DNA of 63,403 nt, filler included, from Reticulomyxa filosa (lineage: Eukaryota; Protista; Foraminifera): the NCBI GenBank assembly GCA_000512085.1. It is 22 parts of 22 records of this genome, joined end to end, with 100 filler letters (N's around TTAATTAATTAA, not from the genome) between each part and the next. Parts side by side here need not be neighbours in the genome. Positions count along the whole stretch, not along the records: positions 48,586 to 50,816 come from ASPP01009061.1; positions 50,917 to 53,304 come from ASPP01029068.1; positions 53,405 to 54,516 come from ASPP01029543.1; positions 54,617 to 59,823 come from ASPP01033154.1; positions 59,924 to 63,403 come from ASPP01007297.1; 17 more parts are not named here. One strand, written 5' to 3'. Of this stretch, positions 49,704-62,833 are shown piece by piece; position 1 is the stretch's first letter; each line of letters opens with the position of its first letter. Made by a program: the position numbers and the translations under genes. The notes beneath the pieces are model-generated. The model searched no databases and was not told the origin of the DNA. It worked only from the letters and a program-made list of their open reading frames with translations.

Positions 49704-50105
49704 TGGCTTGTTAATCTTTTTTTGTTTTTTTTTCTCCCCTTACAAGTACAGGTTTTTGAAAAGTAGTGACAAAAAAATTTTCTGCAAGTGTTGGCCAAAA
49801 GTTCCTTGCAAGTATAAACAATACAATAATATCGAAATTTTAAAATTACATTTGCATATTTTGCTATTTTATTGTTAATGTGTATGCAGGTGGTAAATGT
49901 TAAACATAGCTTAGTGTTATGTGGCAACAAAAATTATCCCTACATTTTATTGCTAATTAGCGAAATTACAGTAAAACCACTGGTTTTTGGATTCGGAGTA
50001 CTAGTCTTTTTTAAAACTCAGAACGGAAAGGAAGGGCAAAAGAACGTGGACTTTTATTTCGAGTTTTAAACAGGAAACCTACATATTAGTAAAGAAATTT
50101 GAAGA

Positions 50106-50758
50106 ATGGATCTATCAAACTCTTTCGTCCCCAAGGCGAATGAAATGGTTGTTGACAAAATAACCAACGACGTAGAGTACGAGCGTTTTTTGCAGCACTT
50201 GTTGTGTCTCGACGAAAGTAAGGAAAGCAAACTTTTAATTCAAAATCAAACTAAGCCATAAGCAAAACATTACAGAAATAGCATCGCTTCAACCACCGAG
50301 TTTTAGAGGTAATGACCTCGATTTTTGTGTAACTAGCTCCAAACCATTTGAAAGTGCTCCTCACGAGCAGAATGATATTATTGGTAAGTGTATTGGAGCC
50401 TAAAATTGTACTTTTGAAAATAAAAAATTATGAATGAAAAAAAAAAAAAAAGAAAAGGAAAACAATAACGAGCAAATTGACGAGAATCAAGAAAACAAAT
50501 GGGATGATGCCGTAATGTGTTCATGTCCATCCAACTCTAAAAGAATTCATTTGAAAAAGGACCAAAGAGATAGAATTGTGAAACTTTTGGCATTGGTTTG
50601 TTTTGTGTGTGCGTATGCGGGCTGAGCGGAACAAATGATTGATTGTTTTTTTGGGGGGGGGGGGAGGAAAGCAATTTCAATTTTGTGTGATAGTCAGACA
50701 CCTCTCAGCGGACATGGAGACCTTGAAAGAGCCTTTTGATTCTGCCACAGAACTTCTG
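50106..50758 (+). CDS. Multi-exon hypothetical protein, possibly GON4L/DUO3-like, 3'-partial
   Basis: MDLSNSF...NDVEYERFLQHLL, ...NDLDF, ...KDQRDRIVKLLAL|QFQFCVIVRHL with GT-AG intron-like tracts between. The family call is weak recall only. Confidence 0.4.
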
Positions 50759-51260
50759 GTTAGAATTATGTCTCGAAAAAACAAATAACTTGTGAAGAGT
50801 AAAAAAAAAAAAAAAANNNNNNNNNNNNNNNNNNNNNNNNNNNNNNNNNNNNNNNNNNNNTTAATTAATTAANNNNNNNNNNNNNNNNNNNNNNNNNNNN
50901 NNNNNNNNNNNNNNNNAAATAAAAGAGAACCTTTTTAAGTCACTCTAATGCACTAACATGCCTTTTTTCCCCCTTTTTGATTGGTCGCATTGATGCGCCA
51001 GACACAACAAAAACATTTTGAAAATTTTTTGCCAAAAAATAAAAAGGAATTACGTAACAAAACAGTTTTGTTTTGAAGTTGAGGTGACAAAAAAGGTATG
51101 AAAAAAATTCTTCCATCTCAAACAAAAAATGTATACGTTTTGTTGTCTTTTTCTTTTCCTCACTTCGTTTAATTTTTTTTTTAATAAGTTTGGTTGTGTT
51201 CAATGTTGGAGGCATTGCAATTGAGCAAGTAACCTCTTTGAAAGTCATAGCAATAACTCT

Positions 51261-53257
51261 TCATATGTGATGCATTACCTGCGTGGAAGATTTGTTGGAA
51301 TTGGTAACATTGTTGGAATCCTCACTTTCGGTAATGTTTGATTGGTGTTGATCACTTGGGATATGGCGATCATATATTGTGTGTGAGTCATCATTGGATT
51401 CCTCTTCACAAGTTCCAAGATGCAAGTCAACGACATGATCCCGATTATCCATTTGCTCAGATCTCTGTCTTGGTCTGGGCCTTTGTGTTTGCGCTTGCAG
51501 ATTGGTGTTGTGTGCAGTTTTTTCGGCCATGTTGTAGATGGCAGCCAAGCCATCCGGTTGTACAGGTACATTGAAGGGCGTGACACAAGCGTTCATAAGT
51601 AAGGCCTTACTCCATTGCAAACCGATCAAGCCAATCAACACAAAAAGGACATCACGAGCGATCGTCGGTTGGATAATATACGAGTCAAATATTTCCCAAG
51701 CCCCCAATTGATGTTCAACCTGAGCAAAAAAGGCCAGCAAAGCGCGCATAAAATACAAAAGTTGCAACTTCCAGTCGTAATTCTCTTGCGATTGACTAAA
51801 GACTTTAAACATGGCTTCTTGTTGCCGCGTGACAACTTGAAAGCGTTGCCGCTCCTTGTCATTTAACCAAATGAAACTATTGCCAATGAACGAGCCCGTT
51901 GAAATATATACCAATAGTCCACTGGTGCATAAAAACAATGGTTTGAACACATTATCTGCGACCGAGTCCTGCAGATTGTCTTGAATGACCACGGCGATCA
52001 TGTTCATGCCAAAGAGAGAGATCACACTCAGCAAACACATTTCAAAGTGCTTGCGCCAAGGATCGTGATATTCACATCGACGCGTTTGATACCATGGCGG
52101 AAACACGCACGAGACAGCCCAAAATGTGTTAACATATTTGTTGCACATCAGTCCGATCGAGATAGTGAGCCACAAAAATGTCCTGACAAAGAACGGTATA
52201 AATTCCATCGTATTTCGATACAAAATATCGCACGTGTTGAACATTCCAATGAACAATACAAACTCGCCTAGCAAACTGGTGCCCGTCAATATCCAAAATC
52301 GAACGTGATGTCGCTTCGACCACGACTTGGCCTTTTCTTTCTCTCTTTCGTCTTCCTCCGTCACTGTCCCCTCTTCGCCGCTATTGCCTGTATTTTTATT
52401 GTCACCATTCTCATATTCATGTCCGTTACCAATATCATTATCATTCACGTCATATTCTTTTTCTTCTTCTTTTTCTTCTTCTTCCTGTTCCTCTTTCTCC
52501 TTCTTTTCTTCTTCTTCTTCTTCTTCTCTTCTTCTTCTGGTTTGATCGTTGCCTGGTCGTAGTCATGGCTATCATCATTGACATAACCCTTTATCGCCAC
52601 ATGCGTGTTTTTCTGACCCGACATCTCCTCATTCCATATCGTGCGGGGAGTCTCCAAAGAGGACTGAACTGGCATGTACGAATGCGCCCGAAAGTTGGAA
52701 GGCAGCGCCGAGGTAATCTTATGTGTCAAATGTTTTATTCGAGATTCGATTACCGGTTGATGTTCCTGTGCTTGTTCTGATCCAGTTCCTTGTTCATATG
52801 GCTGCTGCTGCTGCTGCTGCTGTTGTGGTTGTAGTTGTAGTTGTTGCTGTTGTGACATCATTGTTCGTGCCATTCCAACAGGCATGGGGGTTTGTTTCTT
52901 TCCCACGCGTCGTCGCTGCTGCTCTTTTTGCTGGAATTTCTCGTACCCATACGAAAAAAATTCCGATGGGCGATTCGATCCCAAAAACCCGGCGTTTTGA
53001 TACAAGGTGCCACTCCCCCATACGATCGCGAGTCCGATCAGACTGTACGCAATGTTTTGGATGGTCCCTTCGGCAAAGTAAGCCGACACTGTCTTTGGAA
53101 AATATGTGTAACAATTCGTCATCAGGTTCCAGCCCCCGATCCACAAGATCACCGATGAGTAAATCGCCACTAACGCTCGGACATTCGTTTTCCATGTCGA
53201 CTCGTGTACTAAGTCATCGACTATGTCTCGAAAGCTTTCGTTTTTACGCCACGCCAC
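51261..53257 (-). CDS. Multi-pass membrane protein, Fuseless-like, split by a 1-nt shift in a (GAA)n tract near 52527
   Basis: Repeated TM hairpins VRALVAIYSSVILWIGGWNLM...YSLIGL and MRALLAFFAQVEHQLGAWEIFD...FVLIGL. ORFs 52445-53257 and 51261-52448 abut across a Glu-rich linker. Coding is well supported; the family is tentative. Confidence 0.55.
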
Positions 53258-53262
53258 AGCCT

Positions 53263-53300
<38 letters not shown>

Positions 53301-53634
53301 GGGANNNNNNNNNNNNNNNNNNNNNNNNNNNNNNNNNNNNNNNNNNNNTTAATTAATTAANNNNNNNNNNNNNNNNNNNNNNNNNNNNNNNNNNNNNNNN
53401 NNNNCTTTCCAGCTGGCTCGATATACAAAAAAAGATATTTACAAATAATTGCTTTTTTCAATCAATTAAGACATCAAGCAAATTCATAAATAAATTGTTC
53501 TTCTTTTTCATTAGGAAAAAAAATAAATCAAACAACTCCAAATTTTAAAATAAATAATTTTAAAAATTGAAATTAAATAAACTTTGGTAATGTCTTTTCA
53601 ATTCAAAAAAATTTTGTAAATTTAGACAAAAAAT

Positions 53635-54516
53635 TTATCCCCAAACACAAATTTGACCGTTTTGTAAACCATAATATAAATGAACACCACAATCATCTTT
53701 TGATTCTTGTTCGTCACTATTTACTTTCTTTCTAAATGATACAAATTTAAAACAGTAGATTTTATTATCACTATCATTTCCTTTGATCACATACAATTCT
53801 TCCTTATTTGATCGAATATCCCAAAAACGAATTGTACTATCACGCGATCCAGAACATATCACATTTGAATTACCAATACTATTCTTTATTGCAAGTGGTG
53901 AATATTCCACACACATCACAGCATTTGAATGTCCATTGAACACTTGAACTTGTTTACCAGATCGAATATCCCACAAACGAACACTTTTATCAGATGATCC
54001 AGATAATGTTGTATTTAATAATTCATTTGCTCCATATTTTACACTAAACACACAATCTTCATGTCCATTGAGTACATTGCATTGTTTAGTTGTTTCAATA
54101 TCCCATATTCGAATGGTTTTATCATATGATCCAGAACAAACTGTATATCCATTTCCGCCAATCACACCAATATTATTCGTTTTAATTATTATTATTACCA
54201 TCGTTACTATTGCTTTGTAATGGTGAAATATCAACACAAGCAACATTATCTTCATGTCCATTGAAAACATGTAATGATTTTGATGTTTCAACATCCCATA
54301 AACGAATTGTTTTGCCAACAGATCCAGAACACAAATATCTACCACCATAAAATGGTGAAAATTCAATTCCATAAACGCCACCATCATGTCCACTGAATAT
54401 TTCTAATTCTTATGTTTGAAATCCAAAAAACCAATGGTTTCGTCCCATGATGAAAAACAAATGACATGTCGACGATAATTATAATAAAGATATGATGAAA
54501 ATTTCACACAATTCAC
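53635..54516 (-). CDS. WD40-repeat protein (expanded family), 5'-partial, with frameshifts near 54185 and 54420
   Basis: Repeated GH...CSGS.DKTIR.WD units and the IGVIGGNGYTVCSGS signature; upstream repeats lie in a different frame, so either a pseudogene or sequencing error. Confidence 0.9.
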
Positions 54517-56509
54517 NNNNNNNNNNNNNNNNNNNNNNNNNNNNNNNNNNNNNNNNNNNNTTAATTAATTAANNNNNNNNNNNNNNNNNNNNNNNNNNNN
54601 NNNNNNNNNNNNNNNNATTGGGGGTATAATTAAATTTTTAAGTTTTACTTATTAAGTGATGACTCGCTCACGTGTTGCTGGGGTCAAGGTGATGTCATTC
54701 ATATCTTTTTTTTAAAAAAATTTGTTATAATGTACAAATATGCACTAATGAACATGTCATAAGTACACATTTCATTTTTCGCGCATTACACTTTTTTTTT
54801 TGAGTTATGGAAAAATGTGACAGCAATTTTTCAACAAAAAGATTTAGAAAGGCAGCTAGAAAACGAGAGAATTGAAATATTCAAAAATTACACTGGTAAT
54901 AGATATTAACAGTTAGTTTTTCTATTTGAATGAATTATCCTTATAAAGTGACTTGACATATCAAGTTTTTGTCTTTAACTGTTGTCCTTTACACGCAGTG
55001 TATACGAACTTGAAGTCAGTCCAAGTACGTTTTATGCATTGGTAAAGCTGACAACAGTTTATTATTAAAGCAATTTAATACTCAAGAAAGAGTGCTTGTG
55101 GTTTACTCTTGAATGATACGCATATCTGAAAGTTGTAAGAAAAAGAAAGATAAGAAACGCATATATTGCTGACTTTTAGCAGAATGAGATGAAATTTGAT
55201 TTTTTGTAAATAAGCAAAAGTAATTCAAACTATTCCACCACGTTGTGTCAACAAAAAAAAAATAGTTTGATTTGATTTCAACTTAAAACTTATTCTTATT
55301 CAAATTACAATACAAAAATTGGAACTAAGTTTTTTTCATTATCAAACAAAAAAATCCTTGATAGGTTTTTTCCAATTTTTTTTATGAAAAAAACTCTCAA
55401 ATATTGACATTACATAAATTGTGACAGTTATTGTCAAAAATATTCCAAGGAAGACAAAAACTTTTCTTAATGATAATATTTGCGATAAACTGTTGATGAT
55501 TGCATTCAAATTAAGTCAAACAAATTCAATACCGTTTCCATCAAACCTTTCAAAAAAACGTTTTCAATTCTTGTTGGACAAATCAAAGTACCCCAATACA
55601 AATGTGGCCTTAAAAGTACTTCCCTTCAAAAAAAAAGATGATGATAACTGATATACTTTGTCTTAATGTTTCAAAAGATTTAAAATGCAATTGCATATTC
55701 GAAGCCAAATGATCTTGTATCATAGGTTTCAAATATGTATAGTCATTTCCTTTGTCAATTTTTTAAAAGTGATTTTCCGATCGTTAAACCAAGCTTTTTT
55801 TGAAATTGTCTTATAAAATGGATCAAACTAAAAGACGAAAAGGAGTCAGTTCAAATACTTCCTTCTTTTTGTGTATAACTTAAATCGGCATAGCATAAGA
55901 ATTTGATATTGCCTCAATTTGAATATGTATGATAACCTTGATTTGAGTGAATAAAAGTATTAATAAGTTGATCTTATTATTAGTCAATGCTAAATTGTCT
56001 TCAAAACTAAAAGTATGTCAAAAACTTGTAATGAAAGGAAGCAAGTAGTTCATTGGAAAATACTTAAGCAATCAAAGACAAAACGATAAAAAGAGATTTG
56101 GACAGTAAACATAGCAAAAAATTGAACATATTCTTTGTTATCTTTATTTCAAAGATTTTGTTAAAAGTATTTGAAATGTGAAAGCAAATAGCAATATACA
56201 AACAAATTTTTTAATTTTATTCATTATAAGATAAATAAATTTTTATATCAATAATATACATGGCCTTGATTCATTGGCATTGAATTTATGTTTAAATTAA
56301 ACCTAGTGGCAATACTTGTGCACACGATAAATGACCGTTGTTTTTAGCCTTTCGAAACTCTATTTATCTTTTCAACGATGGAAATTAGATTGATTTTATC
56401 AACCCACAAATTAAAAGTTTTTTTTTTCTATTTTTTCATTGATCCATTGACTGAATTTAGGTTAAATTACTCAATAATTTTTGACGTTGAAAAACAGAAA
56501 AGGGATTAT

Positions 56510-58417
56510 CTATCTCAACAAACGAATGAGACCATTTCCGGAACCATAACACAAAGCACAACCATGATCATTATTTGCATTATTTTTTCTTTTCTCACTA
56601 TTCTCTATATTTATATTTTGATCAAATGGCACAAATTCAAAAGAAAGTATTCCAGCATTATCATCAAATCCTTTGATCTCATGTAATTGTTTATTGGTTC
56701 GAATGTCCCAAAATCGAATCGTATTGTCACTTGATCCAGAGCATATTATGTATCCATCAATTTCAGCTGGCAAATATTCAACATGCCATACAACATTTGT
56801 GTGTCCTTTGAAGACATGAATTTGTTTTCCTGTCCGAATATCCCACAATCGAACTGTTTTGTCCGTTGATCCAGAGCATATCATATTGCCTCCAGCAATG
56901 TTTATTTCATTTCGTGAATATTTTACACATCTTACATAATCTTCATGTCCATTGAAAATAACCAATTGTTTGATGTTTTCAATGTCCCACAATCGAATAG
57001 TTTTGTCAAAAGATCCAGAGCAAATGGTGTATCCACTACCACCAATTGCACCAATTCTATTGGTGTCTTTAGTGTTACTTTGCAAAGGTGAAAATGCAAC
57101 ACATCGAACAACACCTATATGTCCATTGAAAACATGCAATGATTTTGACGTCTCAATATCCCATAAACGAATGGTACGATCAACTGATCCAGAACATAAA
57201 TATCTCCCATCAGTGAATGGTGAAAATTGAATACCATAAACAGGGCTACTATGCTCTTTAAAAGTCTGATATTCTTTGGCTGTTTTGATATCCCAAAAAC
57301 GGATAGTATTGTCTTCTGATGCCGAACAAATGGTAGAACAATGACGATTACAATAATATGGAGAAAATTTTGCACTGGTAATATAACCTGAATGTCCATT
57401 AAATATCTGAATTTGTTCATCGATATCCAAATCCCAAACACGAACTGAATTGCGTGATGAAGAGCAAAGAAATCGACCACCATCAAGTGATGAATATTGA
57501 AGACTATATATATCATCAGAATGTCCACTGAAAGTTTTGAGTGGTTTAGAATGAAATAAATCAAAAGTATAATTTGAAAAATGTTTGTGATTGGAAGATA
57601 AAATATTATCATTTTCTTTTTGTTCATCTTTTTTGAAGAGTTTTTGAACATCTTGGATGAGCTTCTCATTATTTTCTTGCAATAACTTAATGAGTTGGCT
57701 ATAATGTAATTGCTGTTTAGTTTCCTTTTCATTGAAATCTCTTTTAATTATTTCGATATTAGCACGTGATTTAAGTAATTCTTGTTGAGATTCTTTTTGT
57801 ATTTTTTCTTTTTTTTTTTCTATTGTTTGATTTATTTTATCCATTTTCATTGATCAAAGATCTATTTTCTTCATTCTTTTTTTCATTTGATTTTATTTGT
57901 ACTTTTAATTGTGTAATTTCATCCTATTTTTTTTGTTGTTATTTGTCTTTCATGCGAATATTTTTAAAAGGAAAAAAAAAACAAAACCAATTCAAACTTG
58001 ATAAAGTTGGATAGTTTGTTTCAATGAATCGAGAAATGTGACAATCAAATCAAAATGAAATTTCAATTTTGAAATCAAATGTTTTTGCAATTTCTGTTTG
58101 TGACAATTATAATCACATCCAAATGATTTATACCAACAATCCACAAATTTCAAAGGACAAGAATTTTTCAAATGGCTGTCTAAGTCTTTGATCTGCCCTT
58201 TAAAATCACATGTTACTTTTTCACTCCCTTCTCCTTCTTCATTAGATATTTGTGAATCATGTTCGAATTGTAGTGGGCATGTGACTTGCACATCTTCAAT
58301 ATGTAACTGTGCTGATCTGTTTTGAAAGTACAAACACTCTTTACTGAAACATGATCGCCCAAGAGAAACTTCAAGTTCTGGTTCTTTTGTCATTTTTTTC
58401 TCTTCTACTTTGCTCAT
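56510..58417 (-). CDS. TRAF-like zinc finger, coiled coil and WD40 propeller protein; possibly disrupted
   Basis: Exon 1 has CDFKGQIKDLDSHLKNSCPLKFVDCWYKSFGC...KH; ORF 56510-57850 has six GH/EH..WD repeats plus a degenerate seventh. The connecting exon (DEITQLKV...ENG*) is out of frame with the WD40 ORF near 57845. Confidence 0.88.
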
Positions 58418-59299
58418 TTTGTTTGTAGAGGTATTGATTTCAAGTCTTTTTTTTATTAGACACTAAACTTGTAATCTCGAAAAAAACTGTTTGGGTTATC
58501 ATAACTTTCAAGAATTTTCTCGCTTTTTTTTGTCCATGATTAAAAAATAAATTTAGTTTACTCAAATATTTGTTATTGAAAATTATTTTGAAGAATGAAA
58601 ATAAAAATGTGTAAGATTTTAAATAAGATTACATTTGGCAAATTTTCCTATGCTTTCAAAACATAATTAAAATTAGAGATATTGCTGTTGCTAATTACTT
58701 TTTTTTTTTTGTTTGTCTTTTTAAAAAGATTTCACACAAATCACTTTGCTCTTTTAAGTTTAAGTAACAGCAATATGTGGAGTTCAGAAACTGTTTGAAA
58801 AAATCTTGGTTGAGAACTTTGGAATACTTGCTACGTCAGAACTGGTCTATGAAAATCACAAAGAAATGAAAACTGCACTGATTATGAGAGAAATATTTGA
58901 AGCAATATTTGATTATACAGAAATCAATGTTAGGCAATACGTAAACAAATTTGGTCCCTTTTTTTTATGCAATCAAAAAAATCTTTAAAACTCCAAAAAA
59001 GGGATGCTTAATTTATACTATCTTTCATTGTAATATTTGGAATAAAGTATTTGTTCATTATTGTTTTATTTGATTTTGAAAATACTTCTTTTGTAATGAA
59101 TTAATTTTTTTTATGAAATGGTCGAGGGAAAATTTGTCTTGTTTTTTTGTCCCTTTTTCCATTAAGTATTGATGTTTCTTGGTGGTATTGATGGAAAATT
59201 AATTGTAAAATACAAATAATAAGTATATAAACAAGTTGAGTCTCCGATTATTATTTTAAATGAAAATTGCTGAAATTTACTCAAAAGAAATTAACAACA

Positions 59300-59823
59300 C
59301 TATCCCCAAAAACAAATAGTACCATTGGATAAACCATAACACAAATTAACACCACAGCAAATATTATTATTGTTGTAGATTTTCTTTACTTTCTTTTCCA
59401 ATTGTAAAAACTTGAGACAAAAAATTCCACTATCGTTTTTGATTACATACAATTCCTTTTTGTTTGATCGAATATCCCAAAAACGAATTGTATCATCATT
59501 TGATCCAGAACATATCACATTTGAACTACCACTAACTTCGATGCTATCTACTACAAATGGTGAATATTCGACAGTATACACTGAACTTGTATGTCCATTA
59601 AATACTTGAATTTGTTCACCAGATCGAATATCCCACAAACGAACACTTTTATCATGTGATCCAGATAATATTGTATTTGCACCGCCAATATTTCCTAATT
59701 CATTTGATCCATATTTTACACAACTAATCCAATATTCATGTCCTTTGAATACATTTAATTGCTTTGTTGTTTCAATATTCCATATTCGAATGGTTTTATC
59801 ATTTGATCCAGAACAAATTGTAT
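59300..59823 (-). CDS. WD40-repeat protein (same family), C-terminal fragment
   Basis: ICSGSNDKTIRIWNIE, FKGHEYW, SGSHDKSVRLWDIRSG, GH...WDIRS...GTICFWG*; open to the contig end. Confidence 0.92.
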
Positions 59824-59923
59824 NNNNNNNNNNNNNNNNNNNNNNNNNNNNNNNNNNNNNNNNNNNNTTAATTAATTAANNNNNNNNNNNNNNNNNNNNN
59901 NNNNNNNNNNNNNNNNNNNNNNN

Positions 59924-60777
59924 CAACAGCAACAGCAACAGTAACAGCAACAGCAATACCAACACCAACACCAACACCGACAACGACAACGATACCAATA
60001 CCAACACCAACAACGACAACGACAACGACGACGACGACAACAATAACGACGGAGCCGATGACAACAACATTAGGAAATGATCGCAACGAAACCACTCTTG
60101 TTGGCAATGCGTTGCGATGGAATCAAAACGCGCGGGTTGTGTTCAGCGTTTGCCAGAGGGCGCATATTCCATTGATTCCGGTGCAAGTGCCCAACGACGT
60201 CTTGGAACGAACAGCGACGGCGACAAGCACGACTTTTCACCGACAGACCGAACATGAAAGTGAACATAATGACACGAAGCAAAAACAAGAAGAGGATCGA
60301 AACGACACTTTGATCCGTCTCTGCAAACAGTACCATATGTCCACCAATCTCGTGCAATGGACTGGGTACAGCGAGGACCAAACTCGATTTATGGTGGATT
60401 TGGTCCAATGTTTGCAGAAACGAACTCGTTATATCCCATTGTCAACAATCCAAGCGTGGAGAAGATGTGGCGAGCATTATTTGCATACTATCACCATCCC
60501 TGCTGTCACCTTTGGCATCACTGGCTTCATTTCGTGGAAGTTGCTTTTGGCTACACTCGCCAAATCCTCATCTCCAGTTCAACAAACTCCACACTTTTAC
60601 AAACGCGTTGCCAATGCTACTACTTCACTTAAGGCAAAGACCATGCCCAAAAAAAAAGATCCTGTCGCTTCTAATCATGTTCCATGGATGCTTTGGTTCG
60701 TTGTCTTTGGCGTTAGCACTGCCGCTGCGTATGCTTCTTATCGTCGGTATGTTCTGATGTTTTTTTGTTTTGAGGAA

Positions 60778-60810
<33 letters not shown>

Positions 60811-61143
60811 TGATGTGGTACGTATAATAAATGTATCTTCCTATCCCCATCTTTATTCCTATTTCAAAATTCAACTCAATACTTGTGCTTGTTTTTTAAT
60901 ATCTATTTTGTTTGTGCTCGATCATTCTCAAGATATGTTCGACCAAATAGAAAGACAAAGAAGCAAGCAGAAAACAAAAAATCCAGGCCCACAATAGACA
61001 GCTCTTCTATTGAAAGTGAAAATATGACAGCCTCAAGTTCAGGCTTCCGAGTTCCAGTAAGGAGCATTGTATTTGATGGCTCCTTCATGACCACCAGTCA
61101 AGCCGAAAATGAGAAAAAAAGTGATGAGAAAGAATTTGAATGA
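59924..61143 (+). CDS. Hypothetical two-TM membrane protein with a Thr/Pro-rich tract, 5'-partial, intron near 60748-60932
   Basis: Frame open from the contig start, two hydrophobic segments, and a phase-2 GT-AG intron joining to YVRPNRK...EKEFE*. Confidence 0.65.
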
Positions 61144-62094
61144 ACGTGATCTACATCATCTCTTCTTATTAATTTATTTTTTTTTTTTGGTCAGTTGCTT
61201 ACGAATATATTCCTTACAAATGACAAGCGAGACAATTTAAAAGCTTATTGAAAACCTTAGAGCATATCAGAATATTCTTTTGTTATTTGAAGTTATTACT
61301 ATACAATTTGTTCAACCTTCCTAGAAACTCGGACTGAGATAAATCACAATTCGTGAAAACACTTAAAGCACATAATTGATACAGTTCAAAAAATGTTTGT
61401 TATTTCACATTTTGGTTTACTTTTTAAAAGGAGTGTAAAGGTTGTGTAGTTAACGTTGCTTCATTTCAAAGGATTCACATTAAGAATTTGACTGCTCATA
61501 TTGTCGATAATTATTAACATTTGTAATACTATCTTGAAAACTAGTAATACAAAAATTTTTTGAAAATTGAGATGAAGTCTTCTTTTATGTTTTAAAATTA
61601 AGAAAGTTGGTGGAAGAATCTACCGAAATTTTTTAGCAAAAAAAGAATATTCTCCGTGTCGTTTATTAATAGAAAATTAGTCAAATGTTAAATTTTGGCA
61701 GATTCTTTTCACAGATTTAGATTTTAAATTGAAAGATTATGTAAGCTTTTTTGGGTTTTGTTCCGAAATAGATTCAATGTAATTTTTAAATGTTAAAAAG
61801 TGCAGCATTGCAAAGTATTTTTATGGAACATAGCCGCATCAACACTTAAAAGATTTGGTAAAAAAATAAGTTTGCAGATGTAATTTTGAACATGTATAGT
61901 TGTTGTTCAAAATTTCCGGAAATTTGATGTTTGCATGTATTAAAAAAGAAGAAAACAAAAAGCTGGTGAACTGTTTCACAAGCTCAATTCTTGAGATCAT
62001 GTGAACACCAAGTGAATCTTCATAATTGTTCAACGCCAACAAAGCATTCCCTTGAGAGGAATGCACATTTTTATTCAATGGTGGACATCAAATA

Positions 62095-62382
62095 TTATAT
62101 TTTGTGCTGTGTTGCATAACTAGTGTCTACTGTGACATGTGCGCTCAATTCTTGCATTCGATTCCCAACTAGAGTCCATGCCATCATATATTTGTGAGTA
62201 CAACGATCCAGACATACTAGTTCTGTGGAAGAAAGCTCTGGTCTGTCTAATTGCTTTGTGCATTTTTTGAAACACCGCGTGCTTAGATCATGCAATATTG
62301 TCGCAGTACTCTCCATTTCGAGCTTTGATAATTCTAGATTTTGCCGTCTTTCTTCTGCTGTTGGTCCTCTAAACCAGTTCAT
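62095..62382 (-). CDS. TIM10: Mitochondrial intermembrane-space small Tim chaperone (twin CX3C)
   Basis: CFKKC...ELSSTELVCLDRCTHKY...VG; the CLDRC..KY pattern favours Tim10 over other small Tims. Confidence 0.85.
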   Translation of the reverse strand: MNWFRGPTAEERRQNLELSKLEMESTATILHDLSTRCFKKCTKQLDRPELSSTELVCLDRCTHKYMMAWTLVGNRMQELSAHVTVDTSYATQHKI

Positions 62383-62833
62383 CCAATACTTATTGCAATG
62401 ATTGCACAAAAAAAGTTCACTGTTAGGGCTTGACGCCCCAGGAGTTACGAAAAAGTTTTTCCGTCAAAGTTGTATGAATATAAACAACTTTCGCAAGAGA
62501 AAACAATCATAAATTGTAAAAAACCTGTAATTTTTTGTTTAAAAAAAAAAAAGAGCACATTTCAATATATTTTGATTTTTAAAGAGACCTTTGACTCAGC
62601 CTGTGAAATAACAAAGGAAAAAAAGAGCTACAAACAAAAAGAACAACTGTTCTACACATGTGTACACCAAGAAACAAGTGATCCATACAATGACGTAGTA
62701 AAATTTGTTCTCGACAAGAGAAGTACCTGGTGACTCGTAAATGATAAAATGAAAAGTGATGAAAGAAAACAGCCACAAACTGGTTAGTTGAGTCATTTTA
62801 ATGGAGAAAGAAGTGGGGATTGAGAAATGTCAA

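Noticed and set aside
44238-50816. Autophagy/peroxisome/immunity gene cluster (ATG6, ACSS3, OAS-like, PEX14)
   Set aside because: It spans three contigs separated by artificial spacers; only ATG6 and ACSS3 are truly adjacent.
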